DNA of 64,000 nt from Sedimentisphaerales bacterium (GCA_963708075.1 OY970194.1:1024001-1088000), one strand, 5' to 3'. Shown: positions 19,051-32,183, numbered from the stretch's first letter. The notes: generated by a model from the letters alone, not told the origin. Translations and numbers: made by a program.

Positions 19051-22000
19051 TCAGAGTGGTTTGGCGACCGGCACCGTCTTGCCGGCAAGCCAAAGGATCT
19101 CTCCTTCGGACAATGCGCGGCCGTAAACACGCACGTCATCGATAAGACCGATGAACAGCTTATAGAGACTACCCTTGCTATGGTCGGTGATGGCGCCGAT
19201 GTACGCGTTGTGTTGAGTCGTGCCGGAGAGATCATAACCGGCCTCGACGGGCTCGGTTGCCTCCAGCCGCCCATCGATATAGATCTTGATGGAAGTGCCC
19301 TCTCTCTGGCCGGCAACGAAATGCCACCGTTCGTCATTCGTCTTGCTCGTCGAGTGAGCCTGTTCTTTTGTCACATTGTCGTCGCAAACCAGGGAGACAG
19401 CGCCTTCGGTCGCTTCGCTCATGACAAGGGCATAGCGATATCCGCCATCGGCGTCTCCGCCCTTGGCGAAAATCGTTCCTTTGTTATCGTCCCCAGTTCC
19501 CGTCATGCCGGTCTTGAACCAGGCCGTCACGGTCCAATCGCCGGTGCCGAAGTCGAGCAAGGCAGGATTGCTGAGGTCTACATAGCCGGCATCATTGACC
19601 TGGACAGCGGTCCCCTGGCCGAGCTTGCCCGGGCTGACCAATTGCCCATCGACGATGGCGCCATTCAGGCTGTTGCCGGAACTGTCGTTGGCGTTGCCTT
19701 CAAAGTCGTAGCGCGCCAGCAGTTTCGCGCTGTCCGGCTCGACGGGCGTGATGTACGCGGGGGCCCGAGGATACAGCCGGATGTCGTCGATGTACACGAC
19801 GCCGATTGCCCCGGCGCCTTCCACGCCGATCGTCAGCTTCGTGACATTGCTCAAGTTGCCGCCGACGGTGGATAGATCGACGGGCCACACCTGCCATCCG
19901 GCCGTGGTGATGTCACCGGCGTCGCCGCTGTACGGCACCTTCATGTTGTTGATCTTGAGGTACAATTGTCCGGTGTTGCCCTGATCGCCGTAGAAATAGA
20001 GCGACAGGCTCTTGATGCCGTGAGCGGTCCAGTCCTGGGCCGGAAACGTGCACTGAGCCTCCGCGGTTGCGACGCCCGTATTGTCGTAGGTCAGCGGCAT
20101 GGACTGCTTGCCGCTGTGGACGATAGTCGTCTCCGCGACGTTCCCCTGCATTGGGTCGTAACCCACGACAGCCCCGGTTCTCGTTGCCCGGGTTGCCCTG
20201 TGGGAAGAAGTCGTCGGGAGAGAAGCCCAGGCCGTCGATCCACGTCTGGAAAAGCCGGTTGGGCGAGCTGTTGACATAGGATTCGAAGTCATCGACGATC
20301 ACGTACTCTCGCGTCGAGAAGCTCCAGACGTCGCCTTTCCACAGGCTCGGAGTCGCGGCCTCATTGGCCTCGTTGACCTTCCAGTAGTAGACTTGTCCAT
20401 ACTCCATAGCGGCCGGTGTGAAGCGTCTCTCGGTCACGACTTCGACGGGCGCCGTGCCGTCGATCACTGCCTGCTCATCCGTGCTCAGGTAGACCTGGTG
20501 TGTAGCCGCCTCGCGGCCGGTCCGCCAACTGAGGATGCTGTCCACGGCCACATCCGTTGCGCCGGAGGCCGGTTGCGGCGCTCTGGCCTGGACGGGGATG
20601 TAGAAGAACCGCACCTCGCTCAAGCCGGTCTGTTCGAGCTTGCCGCCCCAGTTGCTCTTGATCGTCAGCCGGACGAACTTTGCCTGCAGACCCGCCATAT
20701 CCACCACTGCGCCCACCGGGTATGATTCGCCGCCTGTGGCCCGGTCGAACACCTGGTCGCGCAGCGTGCTCCACACAGCGCCATCCAGGGAGTACTCAAT
20801 CGTGACATCCTTGGCGCCGAAGCCAATGATGCCTTCGATATTCTGATTCGAGTTCCAGATCCATAATTCGTGGAGCTTGAGGACCTGGTCGAACTCATAC
20901 TGGATCCAGGCGGGCAACACGGTCCCATCCCCGGTGAGCCACATGGCGGTGTTCAGCGTCGAGTGCTGATCGCCGGTGAGTCCGGAGCCGTCCACGGTGT
21001 GGCCGGGTTCCATGTCCTTGGAAAACGAGCTGGCGGTTGCTGTCACGTTCGTGACGGGATAGCCCACGGGTTCGGTGGTAAAGGACCATACGTTGCCTTT
21101 GTACACGGTGTTGTCCGGGGCTCCATTGACCTCGTCCACGCGCCAAAAGTACGTGGTGCCGAAGTCCAGCCTGGCGGGATCAAACGTCGAGGCGTCCTGG
21201 CCCTTGCCGACCAGCACATCCAGGGGATTGGTTGTGGACGCATCGCTTGCACTGCTGAAGCTCGTCCCAAAGTAGACATCATGGGTAACGGCAAATTCCC
21301 CGGGAGTCCACGACAGCATGGAATCCACCGGGATATCAGTCGCTCCGTCGGCAGGCCGCGGTTCGGTGGGCAGCCCCGGTCGGCCGGAGACAAGCTCCTT
21401 GATATCCGCGGCCGACAGGGCGCGGGCATAGACGCGCGCTTCGTCGATCATGCCCGGCCAGCCCAAATTGGTTGCCCCAGCGCGGTTGCCGATAAGCACC
21501 GCCAGGCTGCTGTTGAACTGGGTGGCAGGGATGTCGGTCGTGGTGGTGGCGCGCAACTCGCCGTTGACGTACACCTCCATCACCTGTCCGGGACGGTAAA
21601 CGCCGGCCATATGCACCCATTCATCGGTCGGGAGCGACTGCGTGTCGCGAGCACTGAGATTGGTGGTCCCGTTGCTAGCGATCTGGAACGTGGCAGGGTA
21701 CCGGACACCGCCGATGTCGTTCTCGATATTCAGACTCCAGCATCTGTTGCCGCTGCCGCCAGCTTTGGAGATGATGCGGGCATTGTTTGTCTGCCCGCCG
21801 TTCAGGGACACCCAGGCGGCCAGGGTTATCTCTCCGGTAATCTGCAAGTGCGACGGATTGCCCACATTGATGTTTGTGCTGGCGCCCCCGTCGAATCGCA
21901 TCGCCGAATCAGGGGAGCCCATCCTGTCCGGCGCCGGGGTCACCGTGCCGTTGATTGTTCCGTTCGCCCCATTTCCGCTGGCGTCGGCGCCATCACCGTC

Positions 22001-22111
22001 AAGCGGCCAGTACCCGACGAGGCTGCTGGTGATGTCACCCGTTGCCGGCGACAGGAAAACCATGCCCAGAACAAGTCCCACGATTGCCGAAAGAAGTGAT
22101 TTCTTACCCAT
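19051..22111 (-). CDS. Secreted LamG-like / discoidin (F5/8-type) multidomain protein; frameshift at ~20180
   Basis: Signal peptide; N- and C-terminal LamG domains (LVGYWPLDG, WVHMAGV, GLIDDVRVY), repeated Y.WRVDE.N..G.VWSF.T modules, GLSEVRF. ORFs 19913-22165 and 19051-20292 join as ...GNPGNG|TGAVVGYD if one base is removed. Confidence 0.85.
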
Positions 22112-22258
22112 TGCAGCTCTCCTCACAAAAAGATGTGTTACGCCCTGGTATGAGCCACAAATCAAACTGTCTTATAGCACGCAAATGACCTCTTCGTCAA
22201 GGGAAAAGTGCCTCCGAACGTCCCTTCACGACGATGCACGCGTAGTCGTGTCGCGCCC

Positions 22259-23623
<1,365 letters not shown>

Positions 23624-23792
23624 TACCCCTTTCCGTGAAATCTGCTGGCACTTTCACAAATTTGCAGATGGATAGCCTACCCCGCTTGGGGTTGTTTGGC
23701 GAGAAGATTTCGGCTAAAGTGTTGCCCACGATGGGCGGTTGTATCGTCCATGGAGATTGGCTCATGAAGACTGACTGGAGGTTCAAGACCGG

Positions 23793-25106
23793 ATGGATAG
23801 GGGACGCGATAGGATACTCCTGCTGTTCACAATCGTGGTTGGTGGCGCGTGGGGACCGTTGTCGCGCGCCGCTGATTGGCCGCAGTGGCGGGGCCCGACC
23901 AGGGACGGCGTATGGTCTGAGACCGGCGTGGTCGAGCGATTCGACACCCGCGAGTTGCCCATCAAGTGGCGGGCGACAATCGGCAGCGGCTACAATGGCC
24001 CGACGGTCGCCGATGGACGTGTGTTCGTCATGGACCGTGTCACGCAACCCAGCCAGCAGGAGCGAGTTCATTGCTTCAATGCGCAAACAGGCGAGAGCCT
24101 TTGGTCATACACATACGAGTGTCCTTACGAGCGAGTGGAGTACAAGGCCGGTCCGCGAGCGTCGGTTACGATTTGCGACGGCCGGGCCTACTCGCTGGGC
24201 ACGATGGGACATCTGCACTGCCTCGACGCGAAATCGGGCCAGGTAATATGGAGTCATGATTGCAGACGGGAATATCAGGCGAGGGTCCCGGTGTGGGGCA
24301 TCGCCGCCGCTCCATTAATCGAAGGCGACCTCCTCATCGTGCAGGCGGGTGGCAAGGACAATGCATGTCTCATGGCTTTTGACAAGGCGACCGGACAGGA
24401 GCGATGGCGAGCGCTGAATGACCCGCTCTCCTACTCCGCGCCAATCGTTATCGAGCAAGCGGGCAAGCGCGTGCTCATATGCATCACGGGCCAGCGGGTC
24501 GTCGGCCTCGATCCTCAGACGGGCCGGCTCTACTGGGAACACCCGTTCCCGCCGAAGGAAATGGTCATCACCATCGCCACGCCGGTCTTCGATGGCGAGC
24601 ATCTCCTCGCGACGAGCTTCTATGACGGCTCGCTCCTGCTGAAGGTGCACCAGGATAAGCTCGGCGTGGAGCAAGTCTGGCAGCGGCGGGGAGCGAGCGA
24701 GCGTGACACCGATGCTCTGCACTGCTGCATCTCCACACCGATGATCCTGGGCGATCACATCTACGGCGTGGACAGCCACGGTGAGCTTCGCTGCCTGGAC
24801 CTCAAAACAGGTGACCGCATCTGGGAAGACTTGACCGCAACGCCAAAGGCCCGCTGGTCCAATATCCACATGGTCCGAAACGGCGACAAGGTCTGGATGT
24901 TCAACGAGCGAGGCGAGCTGGTCATCAGCCGGCTCGCCCCCGACGGCTTCCACGAAATCAGCCGTGCCAAGCTGATCGACCCGACCCAGGACCAACTCGA
25001 CCAGCGAGGCGGCGTCACCTGGTCCCACCCCGCCTTCGCCAACAAATGCATCTACGCCCGCAACGACAAGGAACTCCTCTGCGCTGACCTCGCAGCAAAA
25101 CCGTGA
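23793..25106 (+). CDS. PQQ-binding-like beta-propeller protein (BamB-like, planctomycete type)
   Basis: Signal peptide then ADWPQWRGP, repeated CLD..TG..IW blades and WSHPAFA. Confidence 0.9.
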   Translation: MDRGRDRILLLFTIVVGGAWGPLSRAADWPQWRGPTRDGVWSETGVVERFDTRELPIKWRATIGSGYNGPTVADGRVFVMDRVTQPSQQERVHCFNAQTGESLWSYTYECPYERVEYKAGPRASVTICDGRAYSLGTMGHLHCLDAKSGQVIWSHDCRREYQARVPVWGIAAAPLIEGDLLIVQAGGKDNACLMAFDKATGQERWRALNDPLSYSAPIVIEQAGKRVLICITGQRVVGLDPQTGRLYWEHPFPPKEMVITIATPVFDGEHLLATSFYDGSLLLKVHQDKLGVEQVWQRRGASERDTDALHCCISTPMILGDHIYGVDSHGELRCLDLKTGDRIWEDLTATPKARWSNIHMVRNGDKVWMFNERGELVISRLAPDGFHEISRAKLIDPTQDQLDQRGGVTWSHPAFANKCIYARNDKELLCADLAAKP

Positions 25107-25221
25107 CACAAAGAAGCTGGCGGCCCCGCCCAGTCCATGTTACACTCATATACAGATCGAGGCCCGAGTGTGACCCTGGTGCGTGCATTCGTTGAGGACC
25201 ATAGAGCGGGAGATTCTGGCA

Positions 25222-28200
25222 ATGGCTGTCGAGGAAGACCGGAGCGAGAAGAAACCTGTCAGAGTATTCATCAGCTACAGCCATGATTCCGACGAGCACC
25301 GCGAGCGGGTGCGCGGCCTTGGGGCAAGCCTGTCCCGTGACGGATGCGACTGCCGCCTCGATGTTTACAGGGACACCGACGAAGACTGGCCATCGTGGAT
25401 GACGCGGCAGTTGCGCGAAGCAGACTTTATTCTTTGCGTGGTCACCGAGACCTACGCGCGCCGCTTCCGCGACCAGGAACTACCCGATCAGGGACTTGGC
25501 GTTGGATGGGAGGCGGGTCTGATCCGGCGCTTGCTTTATGCCAAGAAGCTGCACAACGATCGAATTCTCCCCGCGGCCTTCGACGGGGCGGATCGGCAGC
25601 ATATTCCACTTGAACTCCAAGGCTACGACTTCTTCATGCTCGATGCACCAGCCGGCTACGAGTCGTTGCTGCGCAGGGTCCTGAAGCGCCCGCTCCACGC
25701 CAAGCCCGCTACCGGCACGCCGCCGGACCTCGGGACCAGCACAGCCTCGCCCCTGTTCGCTCGCCCCGGTGCAGCCCCGCCGTCAACCGGTACGGCGTCC
25801 AAGGCCGAAATCTCGCGCATCCTCAAATACGCCCCGGCGAAACTGATTGGCCGCGAGGACGAAATCAAGCTCCTCAGCGACGCTTGGGCCAAGGTTCGCA
25901 AGGAGACCAAGAGACGGTCCCACGTCCTCACCTTCGTCGCTCTCGGGGGCGAGGGGAAGACCTCGCTCGTGGCCAAGTGGGCGGCGGAGCTGGCCGCCCA
26001 GGACTGGCCCGGCTGCGACGCGGCCTTTGCGTGGTCGTTTTACAGCCAGGGCACGCGTGAGCAACTGGCTGCTGACTCCGACCTGTTCCTCAAGGCGGCC
26101 CTCACCTTCTTCGGCAACGACGCGGACAAGCAGTTCGCCGCCGGCAACGCCGGCGCGCATCGAGAAAGGCCAGCGCCTCGCCCACCTCGTGGGCCAGCGG
26201 CGCAGCCTCCTCATCCTCGATGGCCTCGAGCCGCTGCAATACGCGCCCACCTCGCCCACGCCGGGCCAGCTCAAGGACCAGGGCATCGCCGCGCTGCTGC
26301 AGGGCCTTGGCCACCGCCAGCCACGGCCTGTGTGTCGTCACCACCCGGTATTCGCTCCCGGACCTGAAGGCGTTCTGGCAGACCACCGCGCCGGAGGTGA
26401 AGCTGCTTCGCCTGTCCCGCGACGCCGGCGTGCATTTGCTGAAGACCCTCGGCGTGCGCGGCACGGCGAAGGAATTCGAGACGATGGTCGAAGACGTGAA
26501 GGGCCACGCCCTCACCCTGACCCTGCTCGGCTCCTACCTGCACCACGCGCCACGGCGGCGACATCCGCAAACGCGATCTCGTGAAGCTGGAGGAAGCAGA
26601 TGCCGAAATCGAGGTCATCCCTGAGCACCTTAACCACACCTTCCACGTCATGGATGCCTATGCGAAGTGGTTTGAAACCGGCGGGAAGAATGAAGAGGAA
26701 AACAAGAAAGGACGGCGTGCGCTGGCTTTGCTGCGGCTGTTGGGCTTGTTCGACCGTCCGGCAACCGCCGATTGCCTGACGGCTCTATGGACGGGCGAAC
26801 CCATCCCGACCCTTACCGAGCCGTTGCTTGGGCTGAACGATGCACAACGGAATATTGCACTGACAAAGCTCGAAGCCGCGAAGCTGCTCACGGTGAACCG
26901 CGATGCAGCCGGCGTGCTCGTCTCGCTCGATGCGCATCCGCACCTGCGCGAATACTTCGCCCGGCAACTGCGCACGCAACAACCTGACGCCTGGCGTGCG
27001 GCCCACCGGCGGCTCTACGAACACCTCTTCGCGACCACGAAGGAAGGCGACCAGCCGACCCTCGAAGCCCTTCAGCCGCTCTACCAAGCCGTAGTCCATG
27101 GCTGTCAGGCGGGGTTACAGCAGGAGACGCTTCTGAAGGTCTATGACGCGCGAATCAAGTGGAGGAACGATGCATATAGTCTCAATAGACTCGCTGCCTT
27201 CGGTGCCGACTTGGGAGTCATCCCATGTTTCTTGGACCAACCGTGGACCCGTGTCTGGTCATCACTTGGAGAATCTGAACAAGCTTGGCTCCTGAGCCAC
27301 GCTGCCGCCTACCTTCGCGCCTTGGGTCGGCTGACTGAGGCTCTCGAGCCGATACGCACTGCGACCGATTGGGCCGCGAGCAACAAGGACTGGGAGCACG
27401 CCGCCGTTGGTGCCAGCAACCTGAGCGAGTTGGAGCTGACGCTGGGCGAGGTGGCCGCGGCGGTGAGGGACGCCGGGCAGTCCGTGACCTACGCCGACCG
27501 CAGTGGTGATGCGTTTTGGCGCTGTGTGTCTCGCGTCCAACACGCCAACATGTTGTACCAAGCTGGCAACCGCCACGGCGCGGCGAAACTCTTTCAGGAG
27601 GTTGAAGGCATGCAAGCTGAGCGGGAGCCCAACTACCCGCTGCTGTATTCACTTCAGGGTTTCCTGTATTGCGACCTGCTCTTGACGGAGGCAGAGCGTG
27701 CCGCGTGGCAGTGGCAGGTGAACCAGAAATCAGTGGACAGAAAACTGAGGATAGAATTGGTCGAGGTGTGCCGTGCCGTTGAGCAGCGTGCGGGATCGAT
27801 TGAGAAACGGACAACCGGTCTTCCTACCTATTCTCTCCTCGATATCGCCCTCGACCACCTCACCTTGGGGCGTGCGGCGCTCTACCGAGCCGTCCTCGAA
27901 ACATCCGCAATCCGCAAGTCGGAATCCGAAATTGAACAGGCCGTGGCCAGCCTCCGGCACGCCGCCACGACGCACCACATCCCCCGCGGCCTGCTCACCC
28001 GGGCCTGGCTACGGACTCTCACCGGCATGCTCACCGGCCCCGAGAGCGCGCAGAGCGACATAGACGAAGCCTGGGAAATCGCCGAGTGTGGTCCCATGCC
28101 GTTATTTCTTGCGGACATCCACCTCTACAGAGCCAGGCTCTTTGGACCGCGGAGAGCGGAAACGAAGTATCCTTGGGACTCGCTGCAGGCCGACCTCGCC

Positions 28201-28287
28201 GAGGCCCGGCGGCTTATCGAGAAACACGGCTATGGTCGCCGCAAAGAAGAACTGGCCGACGCCGAAGAGGCGGCCAAAGGGTGGTGA
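25222..28287 (+). CDS. TIR/SEFIR - STAND P-loop NTPase - TPR (NLR-like) protein; three frameshifts (~26158, ~26310, ~26548)
   Basis: VFISYSHDS..H...V..L...L..DG and W..WM..QL.EADFIL.V.T..Y..RF (TIR_2/SEFIR); Walker A GGEGKTSL; Walker B LLILDGLE; VVTTR sensor; GHALTL; winged-helix DAHP.LREYF; helical repeat C-terminus. Four consecutive ORF fragments stitch into ~1020 aa. Confidence 0.85.
27903..27930 (+). repeat. Heptamer repeat inside coding sequence
   Basis: ATCCGCA ATCCGCA AGTCGGA ATCCGAA, encoding SAIRKSESE. Confidence 0.5.
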
Positions 28288-28315
28288 GAGACTGGCGTGC
28301 TTCGCTTCAAAGGAT

Positions 28316-28340
28316 GGGCGGGTTTGAAACCCGCCCCTAC
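28316..28340 (-). repeat. GTAG-type REP palindrome
   Basis: GGGCGGGTTT-G-AAACCCGCCC followed by CTAC (GTAG on the minus strand). Confidence 0.7.
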
Positions 28341-28451
28341 GAGAGGGTGCACACAGGGGTATGCGGGAGGTTGCACGCCGGCGGGCGGGACGGTACCATC
28401 GTTCTGTCGTATGAACAGGATCCAGTGGACGGCATCGAAGGAGATCGGACT

Positions 28452-29834
28452 ATGGCAGCATCGATAACACGTCGCGCGGTCCTGCGGGGTGCGGCTTTGG
28501 GCGGGGCGGGGTTGATTCTGGTCGCGAACAGGTCCGCGCGGACTTATGCGGCTAATGACAGGGTGAATGTGGCGTTGGTTGGGGTGGCGGGGCGGGGGAG
28601 TTGGTTCTCGGATACCATGCCGCAGATGGCCAATGTGGTTGCCATGTGCGATGTGAACGAACGCAAAGCGGGGCCATATTTCAAGGCGATCCCGGAGGCG
28701 AAGAAGTACTCGGACTTTCGCAAGATGCTGGAAGAGATGGATAAGCAGATCGACGCGGTCTGCGTCGCCACGCCGGACAATACGCATGCGGTCGTCTCCG
28801 CGATGGCCATCCACATGGGCAAGGGCGTGTACTGCGAGAAGCCGCTTACGCACGATGTCTATGAGGCTCGCGTCTTGCGCAACCTGGCGGCGGAAAAGAA
28901 GGTCGCGACGCAACTGGGCAACCAGGGGACGGCCAGCGAGGCGTTTCGCCGGGCGGTCGAGTTGATCTGGGCCGGCGTGCTCGGGGACATCCGCGAGGTG
29001 CATGTGTGGAACACCAACGGCGGCTCGGGCGAGCGGCCGCTGCCCACGGACGAACACCCCGTGCCGGACTACCTGAAGTGGGATTTGTGGCTGGGCCCGG
29101 CGACATGGCGGCCGTATAACTCGCGTTGGGCCGAATGGCACACATGGCGCGACTTCGCCACCGGCCAGCTTGGCAACTGGGCCTCGCACACGATGAACGT
29201 GGTGTTCAAGGGACTCAAAATCGACTCGCTCTGGCAAAGCGGATCGCAAGGGACAAAGTCCTGCGTAATTCGTATTGAGCCGGAGGTCTCGGGGGTTCAT
29301 CAGCACACATTCCCCCAGTGGGAGGTCCTGCGATACCAGATCCCGCCGCGGGGTGAGCTGCCCGCGATCACCGTGAACTGGTACAACGGCTCCGGCAAGG
29401 CCCCGCAGTGCCGTGAGCACGTGGAAGAGATGATCGGCTACAAGCTCGATTGGGGTGATACGGGCGAGAAGAAATGGGCGGACCATGCCGGCTGTGTGAT
29501 TGCGGGCACCAAGGGTATGATCCACTCCACCGGGCATAACGCGGCGTTTTCGCTCTTGCCCAAGGACACGTTCAAGGACTTCCAGGGACCGGCCCGGACG
29601 CTGCCTCGCTCGCCGGGCCATGAGCGCGAGTGGCTCGACGCGGTCAAGGGCGGGCCGGCGGCGATGTCAGATTTCAACTACGGTGGGCCTTTGGCGGAAT
29701 TCGTGCTCCTCGGCAACGTCGCCACGCTTATTGGCAAGCCCGTTGAATACGACCCGATCTTGACGAAGGTGGTGAACTCGGCAGAAGCAAACGATGCACT
29801 GAAGCGGGAATACCGGAAGGGCTGGTCGCTGTGA
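28452..29834 (+). CDS. Tat-exported Gfo/Idh/MocA oxidoreductase
   Basis: TRRAVL, VGVAGRG, ATPDNTHA, YCEKPL; RBS GGAG upstream of ATG 28452. Confidence 0.92.
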   Translation: MAASITRRAVLRGAALGGAGLILVANRSARTYAANDRVNVALVGVAGRGSWFSDTMPQMANVVAMCDVNERKAGPYFKAIPEAKKYSDFRKMLEEMDKQIDAVCVATPDNTHAVVSAMAIHMGKGVYCEKPLTHDVYEARVLRNLAAEKKVATQLGNQGTASEAFRRAVELIWAGVLGDIREVHVWNTNGGSGERPLPTDEHPVPDYLKWDLWLGPATWRPYNSRWAEWHTWRDFATGQLGNWASHTMNVVFKGLKIDSLWQSGSQGTKSCVIRIEPEVSGVHQHTFPQWEVLRYQIPPRGELPAITVNWYNGSGKAPQCREHVEEMIGYKLDWGDTGEKKWADHAGCVIAGTKGMIHSTGHNAAFSLLPKDTFKDFQGPARTLPRSPGHEREWLDAVKGGPAAMSDFNYGGPLAEFVLLGNVATLIGKPVEYDPILTKVVNSAEANDALKREYRKGWSL

Positions 29835-31123
29835 AGAACCGGGAAAACGTGACGCGACGTACCTTTCTGCGAGGTGTGACAGGCGTCTGTGCCTTTCCGC
29901 ATGTCATCTCTGCATCGGCGCTTGGAGGCGAGGGCGCGGAGGCCCCGAGCAACCGGATCACCATGGCTTGTATCGGCCTCGGCGGGCGGGGCAAGGAGAA
30001 CATGCGGAGCTTCCTGGGGCACAGGAGTTGCCGGGTCGTCGCCGTGTGCGATGTGAACGCCAATCGGCTGGAAGAGGCCCGCAAGATCGTCAACGAGCAA
30101 TACGGCGACACGGGCTGCGCGGTATATCGTGACTATCGGGAGGTGCTGGCACGGGCTGACATCGATGCCGTATCCATCGCCAGTCCGGACCAGTGGCATG
30201 TGCTTCAATCGGTGGAGGCGGCTCGCGCGGGCAAGGACATCTTCCTGGAAAAGCCGCTGGGGCTCAGCGTCAAAGACGACATCGCGCTGCGCGAGGCTGT
30301 GCGTGGCTACGATCGGGTGTTTCAGTTTGGCACGCAGCAGCGCTCGGACCGCAATTTCGGCTTCGCCTGTGAGCTGGTGCAGAACAGGCGGATCGGCAAG
30401 CTCCAGAGGATTGTCGTCTCGGTGCCGGCCAGCCGGGCCGTCGGCCTCGTTCCGCCCTCGCCTGTGCCATCGTGGCTCGACTGGGACATGTGGGTGGGGC
30501 CCGCCCGCTGGATGCCCTTCACAGCCGGCGTGATCGGCAACTGCGGCGAATGGGGCCACATCAGCAACTTCTCGCTCGGCTGGATCACCACCTGGGGGAT
30601 TCACCACGTGGATATCGCCCAGTGGGGCGCCGATTCTGACAACAGCGGGCCCGTGGAGGTCGAAGGGACCGGTGAATTCCCTGACGAGGGCCTTTACGAC
30701 TGCGCCACGGCTTGGGACATGACCTGGAAGTATGCGAATGGTGTCGTCGTGAAGTTTATCGACAAGATCAAACGTCGGCAGGGCGTGCTCTTCGAAGGCA
30801 CTGACGGCTGGGTCTTTGTGGAGCGTGGCGTCATCGAGGCGGAACCCAAATCACTGCTGCAGGAGCGTATCGGCCCGGACGAGCGACACCTGACAGTCAG
30901 CACCGATCACTGGGGCAGCTTCCTCGATTGCGTCAGGACGAGAACGACGCCCGTGTCGTCCATTGAATCGGCGGTGCGCACCGATACGGTCTGCCACATT
31001 TGCGATATCGCGATGCGTCTGGGCCGTAAGCTCCGCTGGGACCCGGCCGTCGAGCAGTTTGTCGACGACGCCGAGGCCAATCGCATGTTGACCCGCTCCT
31101 GGCGCAGTCCCTGGCACCTGTAA
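29831..31123 (+). CDS. Tat-exported Gfo/Idh/MocA oxidoreductase
   Basis: TRRTFL, IGLGGRG, SPDQWH, LEKP, WGIHHVD; GTGA overlap with the previous gene. Confidence 0.92.
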   Translation: MKNRENVTRRTFLRGVTGVCAFPHVISASALGGEGAEAPSNRITMACIGLGGRGKENMRSFLGHRSCRVVAVCDVNANRLEEARKIVNEQYGDTGCAVYRDYREVLARADIDAVSIASPDQWHVLQSVEAARAGKDIFLEKPLGLSVKDDIALREAVRGYDRVFQFGTQQRSDRNFGFACELVQNRRIGKLQRIVVSVPASRAVGLVPPSPVPSWLDWDMWVGPARWMPFTAGVIGNCGEWGHISNFSLGWITTWGIHHVDIAQWGADSDNSGPVEVEGTGEFPDEGLYDCATAWDMTWKYANGVVVKFIDKIKRRQGVLFEGTDGWVFVERGVIEAEPKSLLQERIGPDERHLTVSTDHWGSFLDCVRTRTTPVSSIESAVRTDTVCHICDIAMRLGRKLRWDPAVEQFVDDAEANRMLTRSWRSPWHL

Positions 31124-31186
31124 TTGAACGCGTGGACGCCGGCACGCGTACATAAGGCATTCGAATACTGTGTAAGGCATAGACGC

Positions 31187-32182
31187 ATGAAACGACGAGA
31201 GTTCTTGATGAAGGGTGCAGTCGGCGCGGGCTCGGTCGTAGCCGGGGGACTCGTGCCACGGGGTGATGCTGCCGAGACGAACGATTGCGGACCAGGCTGC
31301 TATTGCGGCAACGCGCCGAAGCTGCCGCAGCGCGCGTACGGGGACACGGGGGAGAGATTGTCGATCATTGGCTTCGGCGGGATCGTGGTTAGCGGCGTCG
31401 AGCAGGAGCAGGCGAATCGGCTCGTTGCGGAGGCCGTTGAAAAAGGCGTCAACTATTTCGATGTCGCGCCAAGTTACGGGGACGCGGAGATCAAACTCGG
31501 GCCCGCCCTGGAGCCGTATCGCAAAAATGTCTTCCTCGCCTGCAAGACCGAACGGCGAACGAAGGATGGTGCCGCTGCGGAATTGAAGGAATCGCTCCAG
31601 CGGCTGCGGACCGATCATGTCGATCTCTACCAGCTTCACGCCATCTCCGATGTCCGGAAGGACGTAGATACGGCCTTTGGCAAGGATGGTGCCATGGAGG
31701 CGTTCCTCGAAGCGAAGAAGGCCGGGCGGATTCGCTACATCGGCTTCTCTGCGCACTCGGAGGAAGCGGCGCTGGCGGCGATGGAGCGGTACGAGTTCGA
31801 CTCGATCCTGTTCCCGATCAATTTCGCGACGTTTTACAGGGGCAGCTTCGGCCCGCGCGTGATGGAGGCCGCCAAGTCCAAGGGCGTGGCGAGGCTCGCC
31901 CTCAAGGCTTTAGCCAGACAGCAGTGGCCGAAGGACGATCCCACGCGGAGACAGTACCCGAAGTGCTGGTACCAACCGCTGACGGAGCGTGACGAAGCTA
32001 AACTCGCTCTGTACTTCACGCTGAGCCAGCCAGTCACAGCGGCCATTCCGCCGGGCGAAGAATCGCTCTTTCGCATGGCAGTGGAACTGGCGATGGGCTT
32101 TCGCCCGGTCTCGCAGCAGGAGAAGCAGACCCTGCAACAGATGGCTCAGGCTCTGAATCCCATCTTTGAACACAAGACATAG
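31187..32182 (+). CDS. Tat-exported aldo/keto reductase
   Basis: MKRREFL; GVNYFDVAPSYG, LACKT, SLQRLRTDHVDLYQLH, IRYIGFSAH. Confidence 0.92.
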   Translation: MKRREFLMKGAVGAGSVVAGGLVPRGDAAETNDCGPGCYCGNAPKLPQRAYGDTGERLSIIGFGGIVVSGVEQEQANRLVAEAVEKGVNYFDVAPSYGDAEIKLGPALEPYRKNVFLACKTERRTKDGAAAELKESLQRLRTDHVDLYQLHAISDVRKDVDTAFGKDGAMEAFLEAKKAGRIRYIGFSAHSEEAALAAMERYEFDSILFPINFATFYRGSFGPRVMEAAKSKGVARLALKALARQQWPKDDPTRRQYPKCWYQPLTERDEAKLALYFTLSQPVTAAIPPGEESLFRMAVELAMGFRPVSQQEKQTLQQMAQALNPIFEHKT

Positions 32183-32183
32183 C

